Shown: one piece after another, positions 56,351 through 64,000 of the stretch | Layout: every line of letters begins with the position of its first letter | Numbering within the stretch: position 1 is the stretch's first letter | Assembly: GCA_963833155.1 (NCBI GenBank) | Contig: CAWHWY010000001.1 | Coordinates: 51,328-115,327, forward strand | Length of the DNA stretch: 64,000 nucleotides | Source of the DNA: an uncultured Acidobacteriaceae bacterium | Lineage (GTDB): Bacteria; Acidobacteriota; Terriglobia; Terriglobales; Acidobacteriaceae | Direction of reading: 5' to 3' | Notes under the pieces: model-generated | What the model was told of the DNA's origin: nothing | Database searches by the model: none | Seen by the model: only the letters and a program-made list of their open reading frames with translations | Made by a program: the position numbers and the translations under genes

Positions 56351-56719
56351 GTGTCAAACTATGAGCTCTCGGTGGCCCAGAATGGAGAGACGATCGATAT
56401 CGAGCAAGGTGATACCGTGACGATCACCCTTGAGGAAATCTCGAGCGCTGGCTATCGATGGCAGATCGATAGCCTAGACGACCAGATAATTCGGCAAGTT
56501 GGGTGCAATGTTGTACCCGGCAGTCTAGTTGGCGGAGCCAGTCGTCGTACTTTCCAATTCGTAGCCGTTGGAACCGGTGAAGCGCACCCAACGCTGAAGT
56601 TGTGGCGTGAATGGCTGGGAGATAGATCCATACTAGAACGGTTTCGAATTAACCTGAGGGTTCATCCTAGAAAAGCTAGACCACCCGAAGCAGATGCGCC
56701 TGGACAGTCGGAAAGATGA
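56351..56719 (+). CDS. Chagasin-family (I42) cysteine-peptidase inhibitor, no signal peptide
   Basis: GTG follows GGGAGGG. The three loop motifs occur in order: ISSAGYRWQ (NPTTGYxW-like), GGASRRTFQFVAVGTG (GxGGxxxFxF), and LKLWREW (RPWE-like). Confidence 0.7.
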   Translation: MSNYELSVAQNGETIDIEQGDTVTITLEEISSAGYRWQIDSLDDQIIRQVGCNVVPGSLVGGASRRTFQFVAVGTGEAHPTLKLWREWLGDRSILERFRINLRVHPRKARPPEADAPGQSER

Positions 56720-57034
56720 CGAGTTAGTAGAACCGAGGGGCCGAACGTTTCCTTATGTGTGACGCCCTCGGAGAAGAACGGTCGCCCCCGCACGCTCCCA
56801 TCGCCTCGCTCCCGCCCCCGCACCGCCTCCCGCGCGGACCGGAGGTAGCCCGATTTCCCGATTTAACTTCTACACAAGCCTACATTCTGCTGTAAAATTC
56901 GGATTCCCGACTACGGCGAACGCGCGAGATCCCGCAAGTGTTGTGGAATCAGCGGACCCTTCGAAGCCGCAAGCGCATACATCTGCTGTAGACCAATTTT
57001 GCACCGAGAAGTAGCCTCGAACAGCAGGAAGACG

Positions 57035-58446
57035 ATGCGACTTCATCTCAGCAGGTTTTGCTTATACGCCCTCTTGCTGCTCGCCGCCGGCCTTCAGGCA
57101 CAGGAACAGGCCGCTCCCGGCGGTGCGGCCGACCAGCTTCCGCCCGTGCCGGCGGGAAGAGTCGTCACCATCACGCCGGAAGCGGGTTACCGCAATGAGC
57201 CTTCCATCGCGGTGAACGCCAAAGATCCAGCACAGCTCGTGGCGGCCTATCAGACCAAGGCCAGTGTGGCGTACTCGCAGGATGCGGGCAACTCGTGGAA
57301 AATCGCGGCCGGCACGGCTCCCACCGATTATCGCGTTTCGGGAGACGTGTCGGTGACCTACGACAAGCGTGGAACGGCGATCCTGTGTTACATCGCTTTC
57401 GACAAGCTGGGCACCATGAACTACTGGGCGCACGGGGCCACCCGCAATGGCATTTTCGTGCGCCGCTCGCCCGATGGCGGCGCGACCTGGGAGACCGATG
57501 CGCACGCCGTCATCGCCCAGCCGACCAAGCCGGGCATTCCCTTCGAGGACAAGCCCTACATCGCTGCCGACAACACCAACAGCAAGTACGCGGGCAACCT
57601 CTACGTGGGCTGGACTGAGTTTCGCCTTGACGAGTCGGTGATTCTGTTTTCGCGCTCCAGCGACGGCGGCCAAAGCTGGTCAACGCCAATCGACATCAGT
57701 ACCCATCACGGTCTGCCGCGTGACGACAACGGCGCGGTGGAAGGCTTCACCGGAGCGGTCGCGGCCGACGGCACTCTTTATGCGGTGTGGGCCGATGGCA
57801 ATTCGATCGCATTCACGTCGTCGCGCGATGGTGGCAAGACATTTGCAAAGAGCCGCAGCGTGATTCAAACCGCACCACTGTATTTCGATGGTGCCGGGCT
57901 CGACCGTGCCAACGGCTTTCCGCAGGTGCCATCGATCCGCGCCACGGCCGCAAGGGCAGGCTGTACGTCACCTGGAGCGATTATCGCGATGGCGACATCG
58001 GCGTCTACTGCGCAACTTCGGACGATGGAGGCAAGTCGTGGAGCAAGGCAGTGCGCGTGAACTCGAATCCCGCGCACGACGGTACCGATCAGTTTTTCCA
58101 GTGGCTGGCCGTGGATCCGGTGACCGGCGCCGCCAACGTCATCTTCTATGACCGGCGGCTCGATCCCAGGAACCAGAAGACCACCGTGACGCTGGCGCGC
58201 TCAACCGACGGCGGGCGAACCTTCGCTAACTACGCCTGGACGCGCGACGTGTTCATCCCACGCCGGGATGATTTCCTGGGAGACTACATCGGCGTGGCGG
58301 CACTGAACAACAAGGTGTACGGCGCGTGGGCGGAGATCGCGCCGCCCTCCGCTCCGAAGGAAAAAGAAGAAGAGGCGCCGCCTACGGAGCGGCGTCCTCA
58401 CACCATTGTTCGAGTCGGTGTGGCGGACTTCGGCGCTGTGCGCTGA
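57035..58446 (+). pseudogene. BNR/Asp-box repeat (sialidase-fold) secreted protein, one frame break
   Basis: Signal MRLHLSRFCLYALLLLAAGLQA. Asp-boxes SQDAGNSW, SPDGGATW, SSDGGQSW, SRDGGKTF, SDDGGKSW and STDGGRTF. Frames 56999-58060 and 57787-58446 join if one G is added at 57926-57929 (..FPQVAIDPRHGR..). Confidence 0.8.
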
Positions 58447-58497
58447 ACGGTTGAGTGACGGGGTGGATGCTGAAATTGCTGGTGGGCCTTCTTCTCG

Positions 58498-59916
58498 CTA
58501 GAGCGACCGCAGGAAATCGATAATCTCTTGCTGCTCCTGCGTGTTCAGCTTATTGAAATGTTCGATGACCTTACTGGCCTCGCTGCCATGGCTCTTGTGA
58601 GCTCGGATGGCGTCTACCAGGTTGGTCGTCCGTCCGTCGTGGAGGAAGAAGACACGTTGTCCGACACCCCAGAGGGGAGCGGTGCGGAACTCGTCGGGGC
58701 CGGCGCCGCCTTGCGTGATGCCGTCGGCGAGGCCTTTGCCCATGTGGTGAACGAGAAGGTCGGAGAAAAGATTCGCCGTCTGATTGGAAAGCGCAGCGCT
58801 TGGGATGGTCGATGAACCGCTCGCAATCCTTGGGCCCGTGGTCAACGAGGGTGTATGGCAGTGGGCACATCCTATCCTGGCAAAAGTGCCGCGTCCCTTC
58901 TCGCTGGACGGTGTAGAGGGAGCGGGTGTGGGTGGGGCCAGCATCCGCATGAAGTTGGCAAACGCTTCGATGTCTGAGATGACCGCCGGGTTCGAATTGC
59001 CGGTGGGCGTGGAAGTCGTTGTGAAGTTGAGGGTGTCCTCAGGAGTGGGGTTGAAGAGACAGCCGGGGGTTTCGTCGCGCTCTTGCGGGAAAAGCTGGTT
59101 CGTGACCCCCATCTCGACGTTGTAGGCCTCGCTCGCAAACAAGAGAAGGGATTTATTCTGCGCCTTCCATCCGAAACGGGTAATGGTTCCATCGTTTGCA
59201 CTGCGGTTTACATTTCCGCTTAGGTGCGAGTTCGGGTGCCCGGAAATTCCCAATTTCGACTTCACGGATGCGTTGGACGTCATATTCGCAAGGATGGCCG
59301 AGTCGGGGATCGCTTCGATGAGCCCGGCGCCAAAGACAGGAGTCGGGATTCGGAAAATAATGTTCGAATTTCCACCCTGACCCGTGAGCGGATTTCCCGC
59401 GGGCAGAAAGTCAGGTTGGGCGATGTTGCAACCGGGAGCGTCACTCCGCCCGGTGATCACGAACAGGTCGTGCACTGAGCCGTCGCTGACACCGTTGCTC
59501 TTCTTAAACCGCGCTTCGCGGACAGGACCATTCTGCGTGATGAACCACGGAACCGTGTTTTTCGCCCCATTCAAGCTGGCCACGCCGAGTAGGGGATTGC
59601 GCGCCGGGCTCGATCCGCCTGCATCCGGCTGCGAATGGCAAGAGAAACACTGGTTTGAGTTGAAACGGGGACCGAGGCCGTTGTTCGAGCCTTTGGTCAC
59701 GGACTCGATTTCCATGAACCTCGCCAGCCCATCCTGGAAGAACGCAGCTTCATCCGCAGTAAGACCCTTCAGCGGAGCGCCGGCGCCCGCCGGACCACCG
59801 CGCACACCAGGGTCTACGGGGCCCGCTTTGGTTTGACCCAAACTGTGGACGCATATTGTCAAAGCCACAGCAACGAATGCGCCGAAGCTCTTGAGTGCAA
59901 ATCTCTTGAGCATCAT
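58498..59916 (-). CDS. DUF1111-type di-haem protein (putative peroxidase / thiol oxidoreductase family)
   Basis: Start at ATG 59916 gives signal MMLKRFALKSFGAFVAVALTICV. Two CxxCH motifs, CFSCH and CAHCH, about 260 residues apart. Confidence 0.75.
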   Translation of the reverse strand: MMLKRFALKSFGAFVAVALTICVHSLGQTKAGPVDPGVRGGPAGAGAPLKGLTADEAAFFQDGLARFMEIESVTKGSNNGLGPRFNSNQCFSCHSQPDAGGSSPARNPLLGVASLNGAKNTVPWFITQNGPVREARFKKSNGVSDGSVHDLFVITGRSDAPGCNIAQPDFLPAGNPLTGQGGNSNIIFRIPTPVFGAGLIEAIPDSAILANMTSNASVKSKLGISGHPNSHLSGNVNRSANDGTITRFGWKAQNKSLLLFASEAYNVEMGVTNQLFPQERDETPGCLFNPTPEDTLNFTTTSTPTGNSNPAVISDIEAFANFMRMLAPPTPAPSTPSSEKGRGTFARIGCAHCHTPSLTTGPRIASGSSTIPSAALSNQTANLFSDLLVHHMGKGLADGITQGGAGPDEFRTAPLWGVGQRVFFLHDGRTTNLVDAIRAHKSHGSEASKVIEHFNKLNTQEQQEIIDFLRSL

Positions 59917-60062
59917 CAGCAGTGTTCTCCTCGTTTGACCCAGGAATGGCGGTATTGTACACCGGGTCAAACTGCTCTCGGCTTGGTAAGGGCGACTGAT
60001 CACGACACCTGGCCCAGCCTAGCACTGCCTCCATTCAATCTGCGCAGTCGGCGTTCCCGTAG

Positions 60063-60640
60063 CTACTTCGCCACAGAAGATGGTTCGATAGTTCCTGAGT
60101 TTTGCAGCCAGTGTCGTCGGGTGTAGGTGACGACCAGGACCAAGGCAATCAGCAACAGAATGAGATAACTCCAGGGCACTTCTAAACCGGTCTCGGCCTT
60201 CACCACATGAACTGGTAGGCCGAAATTGGCGCTTTCTGAATTCCGCCGGATGGCAACACTCACCACCCAATCGCCGGGAGCCGATAGGTCCAGCGCTCCG
60301 CTCTGCAGCAGCTTGTTAGGCGAATCGTCGTGACTCGCGCGCGCCGTTGGAGAAGGCCCTTGTACGTTAGCAGCCGAACGCGCCGTGAGATCGACCGTTG
60401 TGTCGAGCACGACGTCCTGAGTTTTTGCGTCCTGCACCAGCACGCTGAACGGGGACGAACCCAGCCGCAAGATTGCCAGGAGAGCGCGAAAACGGCCACC
60501 GCAAACGGTCCCGACGTGTCTTTGAACCGCAGGGCTTGATTGTCGTCATCGTCGGCCCCTGCCCCGAGCAGTGCGACAAAGCACAGGCCCACAACCGCGA
60601 ACAAAGCCACGAACGAGATAGCTTCGATGCGTTCGCCTCT
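60063..60640 (-). CDS. Membrane-anchored hypothetical protein (FixH/YtkA-like?), reading frame uncertain
   Basis: Clean ORF 60063-60470 (..SVLVQDAKTQDVVLDTTVDL.., C-terminal TM). An upstream TM segment (ISFVALFAVVGLCFVALLGAGA) lies in another frame. One extra T in the T4 run near 60488 would join them. Start not determined. Confidence 0.35.
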
Positions 60641-61574
60641 CCATCGTGCCGGCAGCGAACGAGAGAGGAACGGAAATTCCTTCTGAGCACGCGGGAAACA
60701 CACTAAACCATGACGTCTCGCGCCTGCGAGGGGCGATTGCCTCCTGCGACGGCTTCCTCGACAAGCACTGGACCGCGATGACGATGGCCGGCACGACAAA
60801 CGCCAACGATCCGACGACCCACATTATGGCTCCGGCAGCGACTTGATCTTCCAGAGCGGAGAAGCCAAACAGCCGTGGTGCGGCCGAATACGAGGGATAG
60901 AGCACTCGGTCGGAGAAGGCCAGGATCGCAGACAAGGCAGTGTTCTGAAGGTCGGCGACTAGCAGGTACGGTACCATCGCCCAGCGAGGCCATTGCGCGC
61001 GGCTGGGCCACGGCTGTACGACTGGCCACCAGAAGATCAGTGAAGTGAGAAAGAAGCAGGCATGTTCGACTTGGTGCCATGCTGGCGAACGCAATGCCAG
61101 TTCGTAGAGTGCGGGAGTGTGCCAGGCGAACATCGCCACGCCCATCAGCAGCAGCGCAAAGACCGGATGGGTGAGCGCGCTTCCGACGTGTTTGGCGACG
61201 GGCCAATTCAAGAACGGCCCGGCAAACTCGCGCGCCGCAAAAATCGGCAAGCCGCGCACCATCGGGACCAGCGGTGCTCCCAGCAGAATCAGTGGCGGCG
61301 CCACCATCATCAACACCATGTGCTGCAGCATGTGAGCGGTGAGCACGAAAGCGTTGAGCACATCCATTGCCGAGGCGAGCGACACCCAGAGCGAGAAAAG
61401 CCCGAAGAGGAAACTGAAGGCTCGCCAGGGCGGAAGGCTCGGGGAGCCTGCGCGCCGCAGCAACCACCATCCGCGTAGATAGACAAGAGCCGATAGGACA
61501 ATGGCGAACGTCGCGGCCGGAGGAATTGACCACGAACGCAAGACAGCTTGATAGACGGACTGCATGGAGGTCAA
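60546..61574 (-). CDS. ctaG: Cytochrome c oxidase assembly factor CtaG (caa3-type family)
   Basis: Polytopic. The stretch ..LTAHMLQHMVLMMVAPPLILLGAPLVPMVRGLP.. is characteristic. The last ~50 codons look non-native, so the 3' end is uncertain. Confidence 0.7.
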   Translation of the reverse strand: MTSMQSVYQAVLRSWSIPPAATFAIVLSALVYLRGWWLLRRAGSPSLPPWRAFSFLFGLFSLWVSLASAMDVLNAFVLTAHMLQHMVLMMVAPPLILLGAPLVPMVRGLPIFAAREFAGPFLNWPVAKHVGSALTHPVFALLLMGVAMFAWHTPALYELALRSPAWHQVEHACFFLTSLIFWWPVVQPWPSRAQWPRWAMVPYLLVADLQNTALSAILAFSDRVLYPSYSAAPRLFGFSALEDQVAAGAIMWVVGSLAFVVPAIVIAVQCLSRKPSQEAIAPRRRETSWFSVFPACSEGISVPLSFAAGTMERRTHRSYLVRGFVRGCGPVLCRTARGRGRR

Positions 61575-63058
61575 CGATTGTTCGCGGGAGGACGGCCCTG
61601 TTCTTCCTGCGTGAGCACAGCCTGGGATGCGTCGCGGGCCGCCGGCTGGTTGGGCGGTCGCAAAGTCTCCAGGAAGGAAACCAAAGCGGTCACCTCGGCC
61701 GGGTTCAGGTTCTTGCCGTAGGCGGGCATGTTGCCGCCGCCCTGAATGACCTGGCGCACAAGCTGGTCGCGGGTCAGTCTAGTTGCGACTCTATCCAGGG
61801 CCGGGCCTCTTTTGCCTCCAGAGTCGCCAAGCGCATGACAGTTGCGGCACTGCTTCACCTGGAAGACGAGCGCGCCCTGGCGTTCCAACGGTGACCTCCC
61901 GTTGAGATATTTAACTGGGACGGGATCGCCACTCCAGCCGTTCATCACCGGACTCCAGGGAGAATAGGTTGCAAGCTTGGTAAATGTGCCCAGAGCCACT
62001 GCAATCAGCAGCAACGTGACCACCGCAACCGGCCGTTTCTTCCAGCTCTTTTCGCCTTCGCCCGACAGGAAGGGCAACAGAACGAGAAAACCAATGACGA
62101 CTACGGGACCGATGAGCAGAGCGGGCGTCTCCATCGATGGTGGCAGCAAAGCCAACATCGCATACAGCCACAGGAAGAAGAAGTCCGGCTTGGGGATGGT
62201 CTGGACGATAGTCGGATCGGGGTAGCCACTCGGGCCAAACGGGCCGAAGAACCAGGCGCATGCCATCACGCTGACGATGATGGCAGCGGAGAAAAACATG
62301 TCTTTCCAGATGGCCACCGGCACGAACGGCACGCCGTCCTTGTGCGTCAGCTCTTCGTATTCCTTGAGGTACGTGGAGCGGCGCACGACACGCCCGGGCA
62401 TGGGCCACTCGTTGATACCCAGCTTCAATACCAGCAGCAGGTGCAATGAGACAAGTGCGATGAGTAGGCCCGGAATCAGGAACACATGGAGCGCGAAGAA
62501 GTGCGAGAGCGTCGCGCCCGCGATGATCGGGCCACCCAGCAACATGTGGACCAGGGAACCGCCAACTAACGGAACACGGCTGGTGATGGAAGCGCCGATC
62601 CCCAGACCCCAATACGCATCCTGATCGAAGCGCAAGACCTGTCCGGTGAAGGCCATGCCGAGCGTCATCAGCAGCAGAAAAACTCCGACGATCCAGGTGA
62701 GTTCGCGCGGAAATTTATAGGCGCCGAACAGGAAGACCTGGCACAAGTGGATGAGCACCACGGCGACCATGAAGTTTGAACCCCAGCCGTGCACGGCGCG
62801 TAGAAACCAGCCCAGGGTGACATCGTGATTGAGGAATTGCAGGCTGTTCCAGGCTTCTGCCGCCGAGGGAATATAGATCAGCGCCAGCATGATGCCGGTG
62901 AAGACTTGGAGAATAAAGAGAGTAAGCGCGGCGCTGCCGAAAACGTACCACCAGCTCGCCGATTTGCGCGGGACGGGATGCGTCATCGCTTCGCGAACGA
63001 CCCCGCCGATCTGCAATCTCTGGTCGAACCAGTCCGCAATGTTCTTTAAGCTTGACAT
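61571..63058 (-). CDS. Cytochrome b (bc-complex) fused to a C-terminal mono-haem cytochrome c domain
   Basis: ..WWYVFGSAALTLFILQVFTGIMLALIY..RAVHGWGSNFMV.. (cytochrome b N and C parts), then CRNCH near the C-terminus. Confidence 0.85.
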   Translation of the reverse strand: MSSLKNIADWFDQRLQIGGVVREAMTHPVPRKSASWWYVFGSAALTLFILQVFTGIMLALIYIPSAAEAWNSLQFLNHDVTLGWFLRAVHGWGSNFMVAVVLIHLCQVFLFGAYKFPRELTWIVGVFLLLMTLGMAFTGQVLRFDQDAYWGLGIGASITSRVPLVGGSLVHMLLGGPIIAGATLSHFFALHVFLIPGLLIALVSLHLLLVLKLGINEWPMPGRVVRRSTYLKEYEELTHKDGVPFVPVAIWKDMFFSAAIIVSVMACAWFFGPFGPSGYPDPTIVQTIPKPDFFFLWLYAMLALLPPSMETPALLIGPVVVIGFLVLLPFLSGEGEKSWKKRPVAVVTLLLIAVALGTFTKLATYSPWSPVMNGWSGDPVPVKYLNGRSPLERQGALVFQVKQCRNCHALGDSGGKRGPALDRVATRLTRDQLVRQVIQGGGNMPAYGKNLNPAEVTALVSFLETLRPPNQPAARDASQAVLTQEEQGRPPANNR

Positions 63059-63597
63059 CCACTCTTCCTGGCCTTCAGGCTCGCCGTGGTCGACAACGTG
63101 GGCAGTTGTCCGGCTTCGATCAGCAACTTGCCTCCTTCAACTTTGTACGGGTACTCAAACAGCCCACGCGGCGGCGGTCCAGACGCGCGTGACCCGTCCT
63201 GGTAGTACACACCACCATGGCAGGGGCACATGAACAGTCCGGATTGCGCAAACCAGCGCACCGGACATCCCAGGTGGGCGCAGTTAACGGCGAAGACCTG
63301 GAACTGCTCGCCCTGAATTCTGCGGACCCAGCAGGGAGTGTTGTCGGTCTCGCCATCCCAGGAGCTCGAGATAGGGTTGCGGAACTTGGCGAGCCGCGTC
63401 TGGCCTTCGGGAAATTCATCCAGCTCACCGAGGGTGATCCAGCGCTTGTATTGCCCGCGATCTCCACCAAGGATCGGTGAAACCAGGTAACCGATCACCG
63501 GCACGGCCAGGATGACAACCGCCAGACCGTTCAGCAACATCCCGACCTTGGCGAACAGATCGCGCCGGGAAATTTCGTTCTTGTCCTGATCGCTCAA
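63046..63597 (-). CDS. Rieske [2Fe-2S] subunit of the bc complex
   Basis: CAHLGCPV and CPCHGGVY boxes. Preferred start is TTG 63597, 5 nt after GGAGGA and overlapping the upstream stop (TTGA). The tracked ORF extends to 63672. Confidence 0.8.
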   Translation of the reverse strand: MSDQDKNEISRRDLFAKVGMLLNGLAVVILAVPVIGYLVSPILGGDRGQYKRWITLGELDEFPEGQTRLAKFRNPISSSWDGETDNTPCWVRRIQGEQFQVFAVNCAHLGCPVRWFAQSGLFMCPCHGGVYYQDGSRASGPPPRGLFEYPYKVEGGKLLIEAGQLPTLSTTASLKARKSGCQA

Positions 63598-64000
63598 TGA
63601 ATTCCTCCGGACGACGATGAATTCGCAGAAGCACCCGGGGCGGGGTGTTTGGGCCGCTGTGCGATAAGCCACGCCACAACATCAGAAATCTGCTGGTCGG
63701 TCATGGGATGTCCGGGAACATTGTCACGCCAGTCGGGCGCGCCGAAATCGGGACGGCCGGTAATGACGATCGTGCGCAGTCCCTGATCGCTGATCAGGCT
63801 GAGATATGCGGCGTTCGTGACGGAGCCAGCTTTCGGCCCACCTTTGCCATCGGTACCATGGCACGACGCACAGAACGTGGCGTATACTGCTGCGCCCTGC
63901 TGCGGGTTGCCGGGCTCTTTGGCGGCGTAAGGAGGAGCAACTACGCCGGCCAGTGCGTTTGGCTTGCTCCAGCGCTCGCGGATGCCGTGAATGATGGCGT
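63594..64000 (-). CDS. c-type cytochrome, 3' part (runs off the right edge)
   Basis: Reverse translation gives ..AAVYATFCASCHGTDGKGGPKAGS..GRPDFGAPDWRDNVPGHPMTDQQISDVVAWLIAQRP..*, with the stop at 63594-63596. Not in the ORF track because it is truncated. Confidence 0.7.
   Translation of the reverse strand, partial: AIIHGIRERWSKPNALAGVVAPPYAAKEPGNPQQGAAVYATFCASCHGTDGKGGPKAGSVTNAAYLSLISDQGLRTIVITGRPDFGAPDWRDNVPGHPMTDQQISDVVAWLIAQRPKHPAPGASANSSSSGGIH

Overview
High-GC bacterial chromosome segment. Gene content (GloVer-repeat proteins, orphan FtsX/MacB-type permeases, carboxypeptidase-regulatory-like and BNR proteins, pervasive REP-type hairpins) suggests an Acidobacteriota-like soil bacterium; this is inference. 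Core blocks: an S8 peptidase; a Bcp/PrxQ peroxiredoxin whose peroxidatic Cys codon is an in-frame TGA (candidate selenoprotein); a membrane Ser/Thr kinase; a RelE-type TA pair; MsrA/MsrB; a selenocysteine FDH-N operon (fdnGHI plus fdhE); a C1 cysteine protease with a chagasin-type inhibitor; a DUF1111 di-haem protein; and a CtaG plus cytochrome bc cluster. Accessory blocks: (i) 12.5-14.6 kb, a RAYT plus an IS5-family element. (ii) 14.6-17.9 kb, a three-gene secreted operon with a split, miniaturised copper-amine-oxidase-like enzyme. (iii) 22-28 kb, a REP-rich zone with a stand-alone TIR protein beside an IS200-like element. (iv) 30.9-48.4 kb, two tandem integrative-element remnants at tRNA-Ser(UGA), delimited by three direct copies of the tRNA 3' end. 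The older remnant holds a DpnI-type methyl-directed endonuclease cassette that replaced the middle of an R-M operon. The younger ~15-kb island carries an IS21 element with a LamG passenger, a DUF4041/T5orf172 gene split by an IS630 element, two GloVer propeller genes and a phage-like regulatory/integrase module. Every frameshift I could localise sits in a homopolymer run, so many 'pseudogene' calls may be sequencing artefacts. No rRNA gene or CRISPR array was seen. I cannot name one confirmed novel system. The best candidates are the DpnI cassette swap with its unknown 58-aa partner ORF, the CuAO-like operon, the Sec-Bcp and the TIR protein.
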